Positions 60,877-64,000 of a stretch of 64,000 nt of DNA are shown in pieces. Within the stretch, counting starts at the first letter, position 1; every line of letters starts with the position of its first letter. Source of the DNA: Sphyrna mokarran (lineage: Eukaryota); contig JAGIQG010000003.1 in NCBI GenBank assembly GCA_024679065.1, positions 35,588,001 through 35,652,000 of the forward strand, read 5' to 3'. The notes under the pieces are model-generated. The model saw only the letters and a list, made by a program, of their open reading frames with translations. It was not told the origin of the DNA and ran no database searches. The position numbers and the translations under genes are program-made.

Positions 60877-61061
60877 AGTAAGAAGACTCACAACACCAGG
60901 TTAAAGTCCAACAAGTTTATTTGGTCGCAAAAGGCACGAGTTTTCAGAGCGCTCCTAAAGCTAGTGGCTTTTGCTACTAAATAAACCTGTTGGATTTTAA
61001 CCTGATGTTGTGAAGCTTCTTACTGTGTTTATCCCGGTACAACGCCGGCATCTCCACATCA
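60877..61061. mobile_element. Penelope-derived fold-back element
   Basis: Imperfect palindrome at 60877-61024 centred on gagcgctc, plus the terminal segment caacgccggcatctccacatca. Confidence 0.75.
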
Positions 61062-61459
61062 CCACTGTGTCATTCCATGTTTCCACAGGAAAATGAATGC
61101 AGCTGAGTTATTCTTTATTAATTACATTTAGCATAGGTGTAATTCTTTTACTATTGAATGTTCCAACCTGGTACCTGATTTGTAGCCTGGTTTTAACCCA
61201 AGTTTTGCAAGAATGACACTTCACAGATAACGCTGAAAGTTATCTGGAAATAAGCGTCTGACACCCTTTGGCCTTGACTCTTCAATATAATCTCAAACTG
61301 GATTTAAAAAATACAAACTCAAAGCAAAAAATTCACATAGCGGGGTCTTTCTAATGTTTTCTAAAAATAATTCAATTCACACCTTGAAAACATTTAACAT
61401 TTATCTGGAACATAGCTTTTCCTTTATGCTGCACACTCTGGCCTGTGGATTTTAAAATT

Positions 61460-61642
61460 TTGTTCAGAAAATGTGGGCATTCATCAATGCTGGATGAGCT
61501 TTTATTTCCCATCCCAAATTGCTCTTGAACTGAATGGCTTGCTAGGGCATTTCAGAGTCAACCATCCATTGCTATGGGTCTGGATTCATGTATAGGGCAG
61601 ACCAGGTAAGGATGACAGATTTCCTTCCTAAAGGGCATCAGT
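61460..61642 (-). mobile_element. tRNA-SINE (MetaSINE/SlmI-like core), 3' part
   Basis: tgtgggcat...gagtcaacca...cattgctatgggtctgga...cagaccaggtaaggatgacagatttccttcctaaagg. Confidence 0.7.
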
Positions 61643-61697
61643 AATTGCTTCAGTATAAACATGGCCATAAGGGTTAAATGTGCATTGTTCCATAAGA

Positions 61698-62233
61698 AAT
61701 AAAGATTTGTAACTATATAGAGCTTTTCCAGACCCTCAGAATGAAATTTTAACTCCCTCCCACCAGGGGAATGGGAAGAGGTGAGGGGACCTTAGGCAGG
61801 ATTTTATGGTTTCAGATCGAGCAAGGCTGTGAAATCCTACCCTAAGATTCTCCCAAGCTACTCCACAATCAATGATTTTTTTTGAAGTGTACTCATTGTT
61901 ACAATGTAGGAAATGTGGCAGCCAATTTGTGTGCAGCAAGCTTCTACCAACAGCAAAATGATAATGACCACTTCTTTTGTGATATTGACTGAAGAATAAA
62001 TCTTGGCCAGGACATCAGGGATAAATACCATTTTCTTTTAAATAGTGGCACAGGAACCTTTTACATCCACCTGAAAGACAGGCAGAATCTCGGTTTAATA
62101 ACTCAACCAAAAGACAGCACTGCCAAATTGCAGCATCCCCTCTGTACTGCTCTGGAATATCACCAGATTTATAAGCTGTAAGTCTCTGCAGTGGGAAACC
62201 AATTCCTAATCGCTCTGGGGAAAGAGTGCTCCA
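61698..62233 (-). mobile_element. Deu-domain SINE (SacSINE1-like) with MITE-like insertion(s) at about 61740-61842
   Basis: tgtaggaaatgtggcagccaatttgtgtgcagcaagc...ttggccaggacatcaggga...cggtttaa...gacagcac is the reverse complement of 40600-40952. Confidence 0.75.
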
Positions 62234-62237
62234 GAAC

Positions 62238-62530
62238 ATGGACAGTAGTATTATCACTGGACTAGTTATCCAGACATCCAGAGTAATGCTGTGGGATGTG
62301 AGTTAGAATCCTATCATAGAAGATAGTGAAATTTGAATTCAATAAAAATCTGCAATTAGAAGTCTAATGATGACCATGAAAACCATTGTTGATTGTTGCA
62401 AAAATTCATCTAGTTCAATAATGCCCTTTAAATCTGTTGTCCGTGCCTGGTCTGGCCAGGTAATGTGATTGACTCTTAAATGTTCTTTGGTATGAGCCCA
62501 GCTAATGATGCCCACATCCTATGAATGAAC
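62238..62530 (+). mobile_element. tRNA-SINE (MetaSINE/SlmI-like core), near full length
   Basis: Head gtagtattatcactggactag...gttagaatcc, core catctagttcaataatgcccttta...cctggtctggcc, and tail gatgcccacatcctatgaatgaa. Confidence 0.7.
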
Positions 62531-62700
62531 ATTAGCGTCTTCCCTACTCTAGACATGTCACCATTGGACCTGTAAAAATCAGGGCCAGAATTAAAGAAGT
62601 ACAGTTACCTTGGAGGGTTTGAGGGCTGGAGAAGAAACAAAGATGGAGAACAATGATAGGAATTCTAAAATTGAAGTGTTTAATATCAGCCAGTCAGCAC

Positions 62701-62910
62701 CATAACGTGGAGGTGCCAGTGCTGGACTGGAGTGGTCACAGTAAGAGGTCTCACAACACCATGTTTATTTGGAATCACAAGCTTTTGGGGCACTGCTCCT
62801 TCATCAGGTCAGTGGGCCCCACTCACCTGATGAAGTAACAGTGCTCCGAAAGGTTTTAATTCCAAAAACACCTGTTGGACTTTAACCTGATGTTGTGAGA
62901 CTTCTTACTG
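62701..62910. mobile_element. Penelope-derived fold-back element with two opposed hammerhead motifs
   Basis: Inverted arms at about 62740-62815 and 62818-62910. CTGATGA is at 62827-62833 (+) and 62801-62807 (-). Confidence 0.78.
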
Positions 62911-63559
62911 AATCACTGAGAAGGGGATGGGCTGGTGGAGAAGTAAACCAGACTTGATGTAAGTTTAAAAACAGGATAATACTGCTTCCTCTGAGGATCA
63001 AATGATAATTTCCCTAAAGAATTTTATAATGGCATGTCTATGATTTAAAGCATTTATCATACAGGGCTGCTTGTGGCAAATGATAGAAAAGAGGACATTA
63101 AGTGGGACACAAAACCTCAATAGGGAGGTAATTGATGAATAAGAAAGAGATAAGTATTCAAATTTCTCAGGCTGATCTAAATTTGGAATCCCACCATTCC
63201 CAATAATACTTAACTTACATCATTTTAATTTAAAAAATTAAATAGCTTTTATGCTCACCTTCTGTAAAGAACAACTTAAGATTTCTTTACTTTCTTCCAA
63301 TCATCTTTTAACCTAATGTGGAATGAGTGAACCTTATCACGAATATTTCCTTAGCAACCTAGGAAGAAATAATTATAACTTTTTTGTGCATGTTGCTATG
63401 TTGATAATTCAGGTCTCTTGCTTATGTTGAGAATACTCTGTTAACAATGATAAGTTGTTGCATTAACATACCCAGTAACAACGCACTTACTGGTCAGCTT
63501 CCTTCTTCTATTCTGCACAGAATTCAAATAGATTTCATTGAACTTACCCAATACAATCA

Positions 63560-63655
63560 AATCAAGGCAAAATATTTTGGTTGCTAGAAAGCTGAAACAA
63601 CAGAATGTCTAGAAAACACTCAGCATTTGCAGAGAGAAAACAGATTTAAGATTAT
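63560..63655 (-). mobile_element. Penelope-like tail fragment
   Basis: gcaaaatattttggttgctagaaagctgaaacaacagaatgtctagaaaacactcagcatttgcagagagaaaacaga is the reverse complement of the 23890-23975 and 26405-26500 tail. Confidence 0.55.
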
Positions 63656-64000
63656 TTTCTGTCCTCACAAACACTTTTATTCCCCTTTAGTGATAACAGA
63701 AAAGTGTTGGAAAGATTAGCAAGCTGATTTACCAACCTGTTGAACCATATCAGGAGTAGTTATTCTACAGGCAACAAGTTCCAGATTAGGACTAAAACCA
63801 GAGTTTCAGGCTCAGAGGCAGGGCTATTACTTATTGAGCCATCAACATCCATACATATATTTTGTTAGTGTCATTTCTCAAAAAAGAAATTTTAAAACAA
63901 AGCCATGCCTACCAGTTCACCGATGCTATTAGATTCTAAATTAGTAATGATCATTCCTTCTGTTTTAAATCTGTGAGCTGTTTTGATGTTTTAAGGATTA

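Noticed and set aside
60353-60984. 167-aa and neighbouring ORFs
   Set aside because: They run through a V-SINE and a Penelope fragment. Similar peptides recur at every SINE copy in the window.

Overview
This is vertebrate genomic DNA, and the repeat content points to an elasmobranch (shark): HE1-type V-SINEs, HER1/CR1 LINEs, Deu-SINEs and Penelope-derived fragments. The only host gene I can support is the 5' part of an EphB3-type receptor tyrosine kinase on the minus strand. Its coding exon 1 is at 55221-55275, exon 2 at 26621-26685 and exon 3 at 21889-22564. All junctions are GT-AG with consistent phases and give MDISVFFYFFCPLAMAVEETLMDSRWATAELGW...ETACQ. I did not find exon 4, so intron 3 probably runs past position 1. 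Exon 1 lies in a CpG-rich, largely transposon-free domain. The rest is intronic or upstream DNA with SINEs, LINE fragments, MITEs, one degenerate Gypsy LTR element and minisatellites. The most unusual structures are (i) Penelope-derived fold-back elements carrying minimal hammerhead-ribozyme motifs, (ii) a Gypsy element flanked by an approximately 225-bp direct duplication instead of a short TSD, (iii) a 100-bp near-perfect inverted duplication inside a young CR1 copy, and (iv) an in-frame, stop-free exon 2+3 block flanked by oppositely oriented SINEs. I cannot claim a wholly new biological system. Repeat-family names come from memory of consensus sequences, not from searches, and repeat boundaries are approximate.
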